From a virus, in the IMG/VR virus record IMGVR_UViG_3300019124_000038, positions 64,001-128,000 of that record: a stretch of 64,000 nucleotides of DNA; one strand, written 5' to 3'. Position numbers and translations under genes: made by a program. A model generated the notes under the pieces. It was not told the origin of the DNA, searched no databases, and saw only the letters and a program-made list of their open reading frames with translations. Of the stretch, positions 10,788 to 20,945 are shown one piece after another (the stretch's first letter is position 1; the number at the start of each line of letters is the position of its first letter).

Positions 10788-11211
10788 ATGGCTAGTAAAC
10801 CAAAGCGAAGCAAGACCTATATTCTTCATGAGCTTGCTACTGGAGGTCGCTTTCGTGTGATCGGCAGATATCGTGTAGGAGCAAAGAACGAAGAACAAGC
10901 CAAGGAGTTCCTGCGGGGCAAAATCGGTAAGCACAAGAAGGTTCGTGTCTACTACGAGGAGAAGAACGAAAGTAACTTTATAGAGCACGGCACTGTAATG
11001 CCAGACATTCCGATAGGGGGTCTTTATAGGTGATTTGGCTATGGCTGTTGTGCGGGCTATACCTAGCCTGTGGTCTGTTTTTACTAATCCTATTTGCTAC
11101 ATCTGATTGGGGTGTGGGCGGATGGAAGGGAGCATTATACCTGATCTTCGTTGTCCCTGCGTTCTTCATTTGGCAAATTATCGAAGAAGGAATCGGAGGA
11201 GGTTTTCGTAA

Positions 11212-11772
11212 ATGGCGATCAAAATGATTGCAGTAGTGGACGGACATGGTGCAATCGGACGGGAGAATGGGCTTCTGGCTCATCTCCCCGATGATTGGCG
11301 GTTCTTCATGGACAATACGATTGGGCATGGTGTCCTCATGGGGCGCAAGACATATGAGTCTCTTCCGTCCTTTGGCAAACAGTCTGGTGGAAAACATCTG
11401 CCGCGCCGCTACAACTTTGTGCTGACAAGGCAACCGATCTTCTACGGTCGTGCCGTTGAAACACTAGGTTCGGTAGAGGAAGCCTTGTTCATTGCTGAGT
11501 CTGTACAGCGCAGAGGCAAGGACTTCTGGATTATCGGCGGGGCAGAAATCTACGATCTGTTCTCAGATCATGTAGATGAGGTCTACCTGACCTATGTAAA
11601 TCATGTGTTCCCCGATGCTGATGCATTTTTCCCGTTGGATTTTTTGCGAGAACTAGAGTCAACTGACAAATGGGATTACGAAAGCCTTGGCAAGCATGAG
11701 GCCGATGAACGACATGCCTATAGCTTCGAGTTCGTTAAATATACTCGAATTAAAGGAGAAGAGACCTCATGA
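11212..11772 (+). CDS. dfrA: dihydrofolate reductase
   Basis: IAVV...AIG..N.L..HLPDD, MGRKTYESL, LP.R.N.VLTR, WIIGGAEIY, DAFFP. Confidence 0.95.
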   Translation: MAIKMIAVVDGHGAIGRENGLLAHLPDDWRFFMDNTIGHGVLMGRKTYESLPSFGKQSGGKHLPRRYNFVLTRQPIFYGRAVETLGSVEEALFIAESVQRRGKDFWIIGGAEIYDLFSDHVDEVYLTYVNHVFPDADAFFPLDFLRELESTDKWDYESLGKHEADERHAYSFEFVKYTRIKGEETS

Positions 11773-12240
11773 TTTGTATTAATTGCCAGAAGGATATCAG
11801 CGAATCGGTGTTTACCTGTGACTCTGGAGTTGCGGGTAGGTTGGATATGGGGTTCGAGTGCGAAGATTGTGAAATCGTGATCTGGACTCATAAGGTGGAA
11901 CGATCATCAGATGTTTGGGAAGTCAAAGAGGAGGAGTAGGCAAATGAGCAAGGAAGAAATTTTGCGAGATTTTGCGATAGAGGACAATTTGTCTATCGAC
12001 GAAGTACTAGCGGGCTATACAGTTGTCGATTGGGGTAGTGGAGAGCTGGCAGTTGAACCGAAAGGAGATGTCAATATGAAGAATGAAGAAATGGTGACGA
12101 TTCCTAAGAAAGAATACGACAAACTGGTTGAAGATAGCAATTGGCTTTCTTGTTTGGAGGGGGCTGGCGTAGACAACTGGGATGGCATTAGTGAAGCATA
12201 TGCGCTTCGCAGAGAGTGGTACGGTCAAGACTAGCGTTCC

Positions 12241-12269
12241 TTGACTTTCTTAGCGTCGAATATTATAAT
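12241..12269 (+). promoter_or_regulatory. sigma-A type promoter
   Basis: TTGACT-N17-TATAAT. Confidence 0.85.
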
Positions 12270-12516
12270 ATAGGTATAAGACAAGGAGGAGAGAATTTTG
12301 CTAGATGTAACATTGAAAACCATCACGGGAGCTGAAAGTGAAGACTCGTTCGATTATGTGAGCATCCGCATGTCCAAAGAGCAAGCATATTCGCTCGTTC
12401 GTTTCATTGAGACTGATGAAGCAAGTATCGAAGTCATGGAGTTCCTTGATAGACTTGTTGATCTTATCAGAGATGAAGTGCTTACTGATTGGTCAACGTC
12501 ATGAGGGGGAAGTAAA

Positions 12517-13695
12517 ATGATCATACATTACCTATCCGCCAGCAGACTTAAAAAGTATCTCCAATGTCCTGAAGCATACCATCAACACTACGAAAACGGT
12601 GTTAAGTCTGATGCTGAACATCTTCGGTTTGGAACGCTTATGCACAAAGTTCTGGAGCGGTGGTATCAAGAGTTTGATAAAACGATGAAGGAAATTTTCG
12701 ACTACGAGTGGATTCGGGCGGACATTGCCAGTCCTGAACTCCACAAGGACGCTTTGGATATCATAGATATCTTTGAGCGGCAGAACAACAGGAATGAATC
12801 CATTAACCTTGGTTTTGAGCTTGCGTTCGCTATCGACATTCTGAATGATCGGGTAGTTGACACATCTCACGTTGATTGGTCTGACTACGATCAGATGAAA
12901 GCGTTTCTGAAAACTCTGGAAGAGGACGAGAATCCTTATATCTTCGGATACATTGACCGTGTCGAATATGATGCGATCAGTGATACCTTGAAGATCAAGG
13001 ACTACAAGACCTCTCGAATCCCTCTAACACAGGCAGAAGCAGACACAGATGAGCAGATGAGTATGTATGCTCTTGTAGCTGAGTACATGTTTCCTGAATA
13101 CGAGCGTGTGGCTCTCCAGCTTGAATACGTGCGTCATGGTACTACTGTCACCACGTACCGAAGCGCAGAAGACAATGCTCGATTCAAAGACTGGCTCATC
13201 CTTATGTTCTACAAGATCAAGGAGGACACCGCACACGTTGCAACGCTTAACAAATATTGCGGATGGTGTGATGCTCGACATGGTTGTTATGCATACAAGC
13301 AACTGCTTGACGAAGGGTACGATGTAGACGCTGAGAAACTTGACTTCGAAGCTATGGACGTTGAGTTGGAGAAGTTGAAGGTCTACAAAAAAATCATGGA
13401 GGGTCGAATCAAAGAAATTGAAACCACCATGAAAGATCAACTGAAAGCCACTGACAATCGACCTATCGTGGCGGGCTCGGCAGAGCGTTATCTGACACCA
13501 AACATGCGTGTCAACTACGACCCTGCAACTGTCCTGAACATCTTCGGCGAGGATGGCTTTAAGTTCCTGTCGGTCAACAAAACCGAAGTGGACAAGGCTG
13601 TTCGAGGAGATGAGGAGAAGCAACGTGCTCTCATGGAAACGGGTCATAGCTACTATATTGCCCCAACTCTGCGGCGAGGTAAAGGGAAAAAGTAG
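12517..13695 (+). CDS. PD-(D/E)XK exonuclease, RecB/Cas4/AddB-like with Fe-S Cys motif
   Basis: LSASRL..Y..CP, FGTLMH, GYIDRV, IKDYKT, Q...Y, CGWC...C. Confidence 0.9.
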   Translation: MIIHYLSASRLKKYLQCPEAYHQHYENGVKSDAEHLRFGTLMHKVLERWYQEFDKTMKEIFDYEWIRADIASPELHKDALDIIDIFERQNNRNESINLGFELAFAIDILNDRVVDTSHVDWSDYDQMKAFLKTLEEDENPYIFGYIDRVEYDAISDTLKIKDYKTSRIPLTQAEADTDEQMSMYALVAEYMFPEYERVALQLEYVRHGTTVTTYRSAEDNARFKDWLILMFYKIKEDTAHVATLNKYCGWCDARHGCYAYKQLLDEGYDVDAEKLDFEAMDVELEKLKVYKKIMEGRIKEIETTMKDQLKATDNRPIVAGSAERYLTPNMRVNYDPATVLNIFGEDGFKFLSVNKTEVDKAVRGDEEKQRALMETGHSYYIAPTLRRGKGKK

Positions 13696-13894
13696 AATGA
13701 GGGGGCGAAAGCTCCCTTGTCTATGTTGCACAAGGAGACAAGGATAAATGAAAAAGACCACGCGTAAGATTGCGGCTTTCCCATTTAAGATAATCTGGTG
13801 GATTCTGAAAGCTCCATTCAAGCTCCTGAAAGAAATTGGAGAAATCCTTCTGGAGTGGCTAACAGGCGTCGAGGTGTAGAAAGGGGAGTTCTGG

Positions 13895-14377
13895 ATGTCA
13901 TTAGTACATGCATTGCGTCATGAAATCGAACAGATCAATGGCGACGAGATGCGCGGCTTCGTAGTTGATGTGCTGGCTGACTACGATGAAAAGGCGGACG
14001 AAAATAAAGACCGCAATGTGTACGCATACCACACAAAGCGCATCGTCAGCCTTATGAGAATTATGCTGGAAGAATTGGACATAACTGATCGTCTGATGGA
14101 CATTGGTACTGCCGCCGCGCTGATTCATCTTGCTGGAAGCCTGACCGATGATCCGACAGGTGTAGAGAACAGGTTGGGGGCATTAGCTCTTCGCGGTCGC
14201 TATGCTGGCTTACAGTCGAATATTGGATTGGAAGATTATGATGCGGTGATGCGTTTAGTCGAAGGTCAGCACGGCATCCATTCACCTATCCCGCAAGTAG
14301 AGCCGCAATTGGATGACCCTGTGTATGTTTGGCTTCTCCCATTGGCTATCCGCATCGCAAAGGAGGGGGTGATATGA
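13895..14377 (+). CDS. degenerate HD-domain-like protein
   Basis: HTKR...AAALIHL resembles an HD fold but lacks the Asp. Confidence 0.5.
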   Translation: MSLVHALRHEIEQINGDEMRGFVVDVLADYDEKADENKDRNVYAYHTKRIVSLMRIMLEELDITDRLMDIGTAAALIHLAGSLTDDPTGVENRLGALALRGRYAGLQSNIGLEDYDAVMRLVEGQHGIHSPIPQVEPQLDDPVYVWLLPLAIRIAKEGVI

Positions 14378-14531
14378 GCCGTGCCATAGTAATAACTGAT
14401 GAATTACTAGACTATCTAGCTGAAAAGTACCAAAGTCGTCCTGTGCATTTAGCTATGTCATTTGAGCAGTATGTAGAAAATTGCGTCTGTGGCATTGAAG
14501 ATCGACTTTATGAAATTGAGGTGTATAGCAA

Positions 14532-14897
14532 ATGAGATTGAAATACAAGTATATCGCAATCGACTTCGACGGAACTATCGCAGAAGATTCATTCCCTGAG
14601 CTTGGAGCGATCAAGCCATACGCCGCGCAAGTCATCAAGAAAGTGGCAGATCACGGGGGTCAAATTGCAATCTGGACATGCCGTGCAGGGGTGTACGTTA
14701 ACCAAATTAAAGAACTGCTGAATGAATACGGTATTCCATATCACACGTTCAACGAGCCGTTCCCTGAACAACTGGCAATGTTCCCCGACAATAGCCGCAA
14801 AATTTTTGCAGATGTGTACATTGATGATCGCAGTCTTCATGCTAAAGAAGAAGGGATTGATTGGCTCGATGTGGAGCGTCGTTTGTTCGATTTTTAG
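14532..14897 (+). CDS. HAD-superfamily hydrolase (cap-less)
   Basis: IAIDFDGT, IWTCR, RKIFADVYIDDR. Confidence 0.85.
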   Translation: MRLKYKYIAIDFDGTIAEDSFPELGAIKPYAAQVIKKVADHGGQIAIWTCRAGVYVNQIKELLNEYGIPYHTFNEPFPEQLAMFPDNSRKIFADVYIDDRSLHAKEEGIDWLDVERRLFDF

Positions 14898-14909
14898 GGA
14901 GGAATACAG

Positions 14910-15494
14910 GTGTCTTTTGATGTTAATTCATATAAGGCTGACGCTCGTTCAAAAGATGAGCTTGTCAGTGACATGACAAAAGGCTTACGGAACGAAGTTG
15001 TAGCCATCCGTCACTTTGAGAAACTTCTGGAAGCAAGTAGCGTAGAGAGTCCAAGCATCGTCTACTGTGGTTCAGAGAAGGAAGGAGAGGTGCTGATGGA
15101 AGGGGATCAGGTCGCGAATGTTGGTCTTTTCCCTGACTACTTACTGAAATTCCGTAGGCATCGTCGCGCACAGTTCAAGTTCATTGAGGTCAAGATTTGC
15201 AACCCGCACTCACGCTTGGCGTACTTCAAGGTTAAGCAACTCGAACAGTATCGGGATATGGGGAGTGTTCTCATTCTGTTCGTGATGGGCTTTGATACTT
15301 GCGATCCAAAGTACATGCTTGTAGAGCCAGAGGAGATTTTGAAGATCGACATTGATACCGAGCTGGTATACGGCAAGGAGACAATGAAGATTCCGACGAA
15401 TTTCTTCCGATGGGATGATTTCAGGCAATTCAATCGGAAGGCGAATCCACTGGAGAAGAGCTACATCAAAGAGCATGTTCCTCGCAAGGTGTAG
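14910..15494 (+). CDS. PD-(D/E)XK nuclease-like protein
   Basis: FPDYLL...FIEVK motif. Confidence 0.55.
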   Translation: MSFDVNSYKADARSKDELVSDMTKGLRNEVVAIRHFEKLLEASSVESPSIVYCGSEKEGEVLMEGDQVANVGLFPDYLLKFRRHRRAQFKFIEVKICNPHSRLAYFKVKQLEQYRDMGSVLILFVMGFDTCDPKYMLVEPEEILKIDIDTELVYGKETMKIPTNFFRWDDFRQFNRKANPLEKSYIKEHVPRKV

Positions 15495-15531
15495 AAGTAT
15501 ATGTAGTTGCCACTGAGGAGGAGAGGTACTA

Positions 15532-15891
15532 ATGGTCATTGTCTACGCTTCACGTACAGGCAATGTCAGACGGTTCGTGTCGAATATTCGACGCTACGAA
15601 TGCTACAGTATCTCCGAGTACGACAAGACGCTTGGCAAATATGTCCTCATCACCTACACCACTGGCTTCGGTGAAGCACCAGAAGAAGTGAAACAGTTTC
15701 TAACTGAGCACGGGGAGAACATGGTCGCAGTAGCGGCAAGCGGTAATCGTAATTGGGGTCTAGCATTCTGTAAGTCTGCCGACACGATCTCTGAACAATA
15801 CAACGTCCCTGTCCTGCACAAATTCGAGATGTCAGGATTGCAACGGGATGCAGAGATCATAGAGAAGGAGATGGACAGATTTGAGTGCTAG
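15532..15891 (+). CDS. nrdI: flavodoxin-like NrdI
   Basis: YASRTGNVRRFV, TYTTGFG, SGNRNWG..F, KFEMSG. Confidence 0.95.
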   Translation: MVIVYASRTGNVRRFVSNIRRYECYSISEYDKTLGKYVLITYTTGFGEAPEEVKQFLTEHGENMVAVAASGNRNWGLAFCKSADTISEQYNVPVLHKFEMSGLQRDAEIIEKEMDRFEC

Positions 15892-18013
15892 ATTTATTGC
15901 ACTAAACAACGAAGTTAAGATCAAGAAGGATGGGAAGTATCAGTTCGAGAAGGACTTGGAAGCGGTTCGAGCCTATTTCATTGACTATGTGAATCAGAAC
16001 ACAGTTTTCTTCCACGATCTTCGCGAAAAGCTCAATTACTTGGTCGAAAACGCATACTACGACAAAGAGATTCTTGACTGGTATACCTTTGACCAGATCA
16101 AAGAAGTCTTCAAACTAACCTACTCGAAGAAGTTTCGATTCGCTTCTTTCATGAGCGCATTCAAGTTCTACAATAGCTACGCTCTTAAAACGAACGATGG
16201 CTCTAAGTTTCTTGAACGCTACGAAGATCGTGTAGCGGCTAATGCTCTCTTCCTAGCGGAAGGCAACTTCGAAAAGGCAAAAGAGCACGTATGGAATCTC
16301 ATCGAACAGATGTACCAACCAGCCACTCCAACATTCCTGAACGCACTCCGAGAACGCGCAGGGGAGCTAGTATCGTGCTTCCTGCTGGACATGCCAGACT
16401 CTACTGAGGGTATCATGTATGTCGCAGAAGCGTGTGCTCAACTCAGCCGTAATGGTGGCGGCGTAGGCATTAACCTCTCCAAACTTCGTGCAGAAGGCGA
16501 AGATATCATGGGTGTGGAGGGGGCGGCAAGCTCTCCAGTCGGAGTGGCAAAGATGCTGGAGACAATTTTCAATCACTTCAACCAGCTCGGACAACGCAAT
16601 GGCTCTGGCGTTGCGTACCTGAATCTCTTCCACGCTAGCATCGAAGAGTTCTTGGACACCAAAAAGATCAACGCTGACGAAGATGCTCGATTGAAAACCC
16701 TCTCTATTGGCGTAATCGCTCCAAACAAGTTCTTCGACCTTGCAGAAGAAGAAAAGCCATACTTTGTCTTCTACCCGCACAGTGTTTATAAAGAGTACGG
16801 CATCCATATGGATGACATGGACATGAGCGAATGGTACGACAAATTGGTCGCAAACCCGAATGTTCGTAAGAAGAAACTCGATGCACGGCAGATGCTTACG
16901 AAGATTGAACAGATTCGTCAAGAGTCTGGCTACCCATACTACATGTTCGTAGACAACGCGAACCAGTATAACGCTCTTAAAGCACTTGGTCGCATCATCA
17001 TGTCAAACCTGTGTAACGAAATCTACCAGATTCAACTCCCGTCTGAGATCAAGGCGCGGGCAGAAAAAAGCGAGTACGGTTATGATGTATCTTGTAACCT
17101 CGGCTCCATGAACATCACAAACCACATGGAGAAAGGTCACGGCGGAAACTTCCGACGCTCCGTGCACCTCGCAATGGACGCTCTTAATACAGTAGCAAAA
17201 CGGACTTCGATTGATGTTGTGCCGACAGTTCGAAACGCAAACGCGGCACTCCGCTCTGTAGGACTTGGCGCAATGGGGCTTCATGGTTATCTAGCTAAGA
17301 ATCGAATTGTATATGGTAGCAGAGAATCGAAGGACTTCGCAAACACCTACTTCATGATGCTGAACTTCCACTCGCTCGAACGCTCGATGCAAATTGCGCG
17401 AGAAGAAGGGTTCGTGTTCGAAGGATTCGAAAAGTCTACCTATGCAACAGGAGAATACTTCACTAAATACCTGAACCATAGTTTTGCTCCTCGCACAGAG
17501 AAGGTTAAGGCGTTATTTGACGGCATCTACATTCCAACTCAGGAAGATTGGGCGCGATTGATGGCCGATGTACAAAAATACGGTATCGCTCATGCTTACC
17601 GTATGGCGATTGCTCCTACGGGTTCGATTTCCTATGTACAGAACGCTACTCCCTCCATTGCCCCGATCACTGAGCAAGTAGAGACGCGCACCTATGGTGA
17701 CAGTACAACACACTATCCGATGCCGTTTATGACGAACGAGAACATGATGTTCTACCGTACGGCTTATGAAATGGACATGATGAAATTCATCGACCTTGTA
17801 GCCGTCATTCAACAGCATGTTGACCAAGGCATCTCGACCACTCTGTATGTGACTTCGGAACACAGCACACGCGATATGGCTCGTTATGTCATCTACGCGA
17901 ACCGTAAAAAGCTCAAAGGGCTCTACTATGTTCGCACCAAGCTCATCACTACGATGACTGGTGATAATGGCGTAGAGATCGGCATTGACGAGTGCATGAA
18001 CTGTGCGGTATAA
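15881..18013 (+). CDS. nrdE: ribonucleotide reductase class Ib alpha subunit
   Basis: PATPTFLN, LVSCFL, SNLCNEI, SCNLGS, APTGSIS, LYYVRT, C-terminal CxxC. Confidence 0.98.
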   Translation: MSARFIALNNEVKIKKDGKYQFEKDLEAVRAYFIDYVNQNTVFFHDLREKLNYLVENAYYDKEILDWYTFDQIKEVFKLTYSKKFRFASFMSAFKFYNSYALKTNDGSKFLERYEDRVAANALFLAEGNFEKAKEHVWNLIEQMYQPATPTFLNALRERAGELVSCFLLDMPDSTEGIMYVAEACAQLSRNGGGVGINLSKLRAEGEDIMGVEGAASSPVGVAKMLETIFNHFNQLGQRNGSGVAYLNLFHASIEEFLDTKKINADEDARLKTLSIGVIAPNKFFDLAEEEKPYFVFYPHSVYKEYGIHMDDMDMSEWYDKLVANPNVRKKKLDARQMLTKIEQIRQESGYPYYMFVDNANQYNALKALGRIIMSNLCNEIYQIQLPSEIKARAEKSEYGYDVSCNLGSMNITNHMEKGHGGNFRRSVHLAMDALNTVAKRTSIDVVPTVRNANAALRSVGLGAMGLHGYLAKNRIVYGSRESKDFANTYFMMLNFHSLERSMQIAREEGFVFEGFEKSTYATGEYFTKYLNHSFAPRTEKVKALFDGIYIPTQEDWARLMADVQKYGIAHAYRMAIAPTGSISYVQNATPSIAPITEQVETRTYGDSTTHYPMPFMTNENMMFYRTAYEMDMMKFIDLVAVIQQHVDQGISTTLYVTSEHSTRDMARYVIYANRKKLKGLYYVRTKLITTMTGDNGVEIGIDECMNCAV

Positions 18014-18085
18014 GGGTTGGGGTCTCTTGACCCCTCCTTACTACAGTCACAAAATAGATCATTAAAACGAGGAGAGAGAAGCAAG

Positions 18086-19123
18086 ATGGCATATCCATTC
18101 ACAAAAGTTCACTCGGCGGTGAACTGGAATAATGTAATTGACAATTATACTCATTGGTTTTGGGAGCAAAACTTGAAACAGCTCTGGACAGACACCGAAA
18201 TGAAGCCATTGAAGGACATGAAAGTTTGGAAAAATGACTCTCTCATGACTCCCGAAAAACGATGGGTCTACTCTCGCGCTCTTGGTGGGCTAACGCTCCT
18301 TGATACGAAACAGGCAAATGTTGGGATGCCAATGATTGCCTACGCGGTTGAGGATGAACAGCGTAAGGGCGTGTTATCGCTGATGGGCATGATGGAGAAT
18401 ATTCATGCGAAGTCCTACTCAACAATCTTCACAACTCTCATGGTCAAGGAAGAGATTGACGAGGTGTTTGCATGGGTTGAGAACAACCGCTATCTCCAGT
18501 ACAAGGCAGAGACCATTGAGAGCTACTACATGCGACTCTTCAAGCCGAAAGACCAGCTCACGCAGAAAGAAATCTACATGGCAATGGTCGCATCGGTATT
18601 TCTTGAATCCTTCCTTTTCTACAGCGGATTCTTCTACCCATTGTATCTTGCTGGTCAATCTCCAGCAATGATGTTCCACTCTGGCGAGATCATCAATCTC
18701 ATTCTGCGTGATGAAAGTATTCACGGTGTCTATATCGGTTTGCTGGCACAAGAAATCTACAGCAACAAGCTCACTGATGTAGAGCGGGCAGAAGTAGACG
18801 CAGAAATGTACGAACTGCTTCAAAAGCTCATGGAGAATGAAGTTGCATACACGGAGGATATCTACGCTTGCATCAATCTCGACGCAGAAGTGAAGAAATT
18901 CCTCAAATACAACGCGAACAAGGCTCTTATGAACCTCGGCAAGCCAGCCCTCTATCAGAGTGTAGTGATTGACCCTGTTGTAGAAAATGGTCTTAGCACT
19001 GAAACCAAGACGCATGACTTCTTCTCAGCAAAAGGCAACGGATACCAAAAGGGTAAAGTCGAGCCGATTGAAGACGAAGACTTCAAATTTAACCTCGACG
19101 ATGAGTTCATCGTTGCGGCGTAA
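18086..19123 (+). CDS. nrdF: ribonucleotide reductase class Ib beta subunit
   Basis: GLTLLDTKQ, ME.IHAKSYS, LESFLFYSGF, RDESIHG, HDFFS.KGNGY. Confidence 0.97.
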   Translation: MAYPFTKVHSAVNWNNVIDNYTHWFWEQNLKQLWTDTEMKPLKDMKVWKNDSLMTPEKRWVYSRALGGLTLLDTKQANVGMPMIAYAVEDEQRKGVLSLMGMMENIHAKSYSTIFTTLMVKEEIDEVFAWVENNRYLQYKAETIESYYMRLFKPKDQLTQKEIYMAMVASVFLESFLFYSGFFYPLYLAGQSPAMMFHSGEIINLILRDESIHGVYIGLLAQEIYSNKLTDVERAEVDAEMYELLQKLMENEVAYTEDIYACINLDAEVKKFLKYNANKALMNLGKPALYQSVVIDPVVENGLSTETKTHDFFSAKGNGYQKGKVEPIEDEDFKFNLDDEFIVAA

Positions 19124-19141
19124 CTAATAGGAGGGAAATCA

Positions 19142-19927
19142 TTGCTACGAAATCAAGTATACTGTAGTGACTGTGTGGTTGGTATGCGAAATTTGCCAGA
19201 TGCTTGCGTTGATTTAACTGTGACATCCCCTCCCTATGACAATCTTAGGCTATATAATGGCTATTCATTTGATTTTAATAGCGTCGCGCACGAACTTTAT
19301 CGCGTAACCAAGGATGGAGGTGTGGTTGTATGGATTGTAGGAGATGCAACCCGAAATGGAAGCGAATCAGGTACATCTTTTAAGCAAGCCCTCTATTTTA
19401 TGGAGATTGGGTTTAATTTGCATGATACGATGATTTACATGTCGGATAAGCCGCCATTAAGTCATAGACGATATGAACAAAAATTTGAATATATGTTCAT
19501 TCTCAGCAAGGGGCGACCAAAAACTTTTAATCCAATCATGGAAGAAAGCAAATACGCAGGAGCCAGCAAAAAGGCTCGAACATTCAGACAAGATGAGCAT
19601 GGAGAACTTGAAGAGTCACATAGCAAGAGTGCTGTTAAAAAGGAAAAAATTAAAGGGAATGTGTGGTTTTATCCTACGGGTTATAACAAATCAACGAAGG
19701 ATAAAATCGCCTTTGCCCACCCTGCGATATTCCCTGAGCGTCTTGCTCTTGACCACATTCTGTCTTGGTCAGATGAAGGTGATCTAGTTCTCGACCCCTT
19801 TGCAGGGAGTGGAACGACAGCTAAAATGTCGCTTTTAAGTGGGAGAGAATTCATTGGTTTTGAAATTTCACAAGAGTATGTCGATATAGCGAATCAAAGA
19901 ATTGCAACAGTTCAGGAGGAGAAGTGA
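19142..19927 (+). CDS. orphan DNA methyltransferase, beta class (N4-C/N6-A)
   Basis: TSPPY motif IV before DPFAGSGTT motif I; HPAIFP. Confidence 0.92.
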   Translation: MLRNQVYCSDCVVGMRNLPDACVDLTVTSPPYDNLRLYNGYSFDFNSVAHELYRVTKDGGVVVWIVGDATRNGSESGTSFKQALYFMEIGFNLHDTMIYMSDKPPLSHRRYEQKFEYMFILSKGRPKTFNPIMEESKYAGASKKARTFRQDEHGELEESHSKSAVKKEKIKGNVWFYPTGYNKSTKDKIAFAHPAIFPERLALDHILSWSDEGDLVLDPFAGSGTTAKMSLLSGREFIGFEISQEYVDIANQRIATVQEEK

Positions 19928-19929
19928 GT

Positions 19930-20211
19930 ATGGCAAATGTAAAGATCATCAAGTATGAGAAGCCGTATTGCGCTCCATGCGCCCGCGTAGAAGGATACCT
20001 CAAAGACCTTGGGGTAGCAGATGTAGTTGACCATCGCAATCCGTTCGACGACCCTGACGCGGCGGCAAAACATGGCGTAATGATGAGTGTTCCTGTGGTA
20101 GCACTTGTCAATGCCGATACCGACGAACTGATCGTGAGTGCGGAAGGCGACAACCGAGACGGCATCAATGTCCTTGTCGATATGTACCACAAATTGAAAC
20201 AGGGGGCGTAA
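19930..20211 (+). CDS. glutaredoxin/thioredoxin-like NrdH
   Basis: CAPC active site, SVPV; located near nrdEF. Confidence 0.85.
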   Translation: MANVKIIKYEKPYCAPCARVEGYLKDLGVADVVDHRNPFDDPDAAAKHGVMMSVPVVALVNADTDELIVSAEGDNRDGINVLVDMYHKLKQGA

Positions 20212-20226
20212 GCTCCCTTTCTTTTT
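20201..20226 (+). terminator. intrinsic terminator
   Basis: AGGGGGC-GTAA-GCTCCCT then TTCTTTTT. Confidence 0.7.
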
Positions 20227-20246
20227 ACCAAGGAGGAGGAACCGAA

Positions 20247-20945
20247 GTGGCATTCATCTATATGAGCAACGGGGAGCCAGTAGAGATTGATGATGAGGAT
20301 TTCGCTTGGCTTAGTCAGTACAAATGGAGACCAGACAAAGATGGATATGCGCGAACGACTTGGAGGCAAGATGGGACACGGTATGACAGACGAATGCACC
20401 GCATGATTTTAGATGCTTCTAGGGGTCAAATTGTAGATCATATCGACGGGAATCGCCTTAATAATCGCAAAAACAATCTTCGTTTTGTGAGTAGCCGACA
20501 AAACTCACAAAACATGAAGAGACCGCGCACAAACACTACAGGCTATAAGGGTGTAGTGAAGCGCAGAGAAAATAGGTATGAAGCGAAAGTCACTCACGGC
20601 GGAGATTGTTTGTACTGCGGAACATACACGAATGCTCTTGCCGCCGCACATGCCTATAATTACAACGCTAAGTTATGCTTCGGTCAGTTCGCACAGCTCA
20701 ACGAGGTCGAACCTTTGGATGATTGGAGAGACTTTCGGGTTGCGACTGTTCCGAAATCACAATGGCGTGGAGTGAGTGAAAAAGGCGATAAGTGGCAAGC
20801 ATCTATTTTTCATGAAGGTCAAAGAGTCTATATTGGTCTATATGAGACAGAGATTCAGGCGGCTTTAGCCTATAACGCTAAGGCATCTGAGTTAAAAGGA
20901 GAAAGTGCTGTATTGAACGAAGTGGAGGATGATCTAGTATGCTAG
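20247..20945 (+). CDS. HNH homing endonuclease with two AP2 domains
   Basis: MHR.I...VDHIDGNRLNNRKNNLR; two (Y/W)xGV...AA.AYN..A AP2 repeats. Confidence 0.9.
   Translation: MAFIYMSNGEPVEIDDEDFAWLSQYKWRPDKDGYARTTWRQDGTRYDRRMHRMILDASRGQIVDHIDGNRLNNRKNNLRFVSSRQNSQNMKRPRTNTTGYKGVVKRRENRYEAKVTHGGDCLYCGTYTNALAAAHAYNYNAKLCFGQFAQLNEVEPLDDWRDFRVATVPKSQWRGVSEKGDKWQASIFHEGQRVYIGLYETEIQAALAYNAKASELKGESAVLNEVEDDLVC

Noticed and set aside
12517-13695. Cas4-like nuclease as a sign of a CRISPR system
   Set aside because: No other cas genes and no repeat-spacer array seen; solo RecB/Cas4-like nucleases are common phage recombination genes
15881-19123. Introns or inteins in nrdE/nrdF (also checked thyA and dnaE)
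   Set aside because: ORFs are continuous; nrdE, nrdF and thyA are of normal length; no intein C-terminal HN-C/S/T with splicing blocks seen, including in the dnaE insertion
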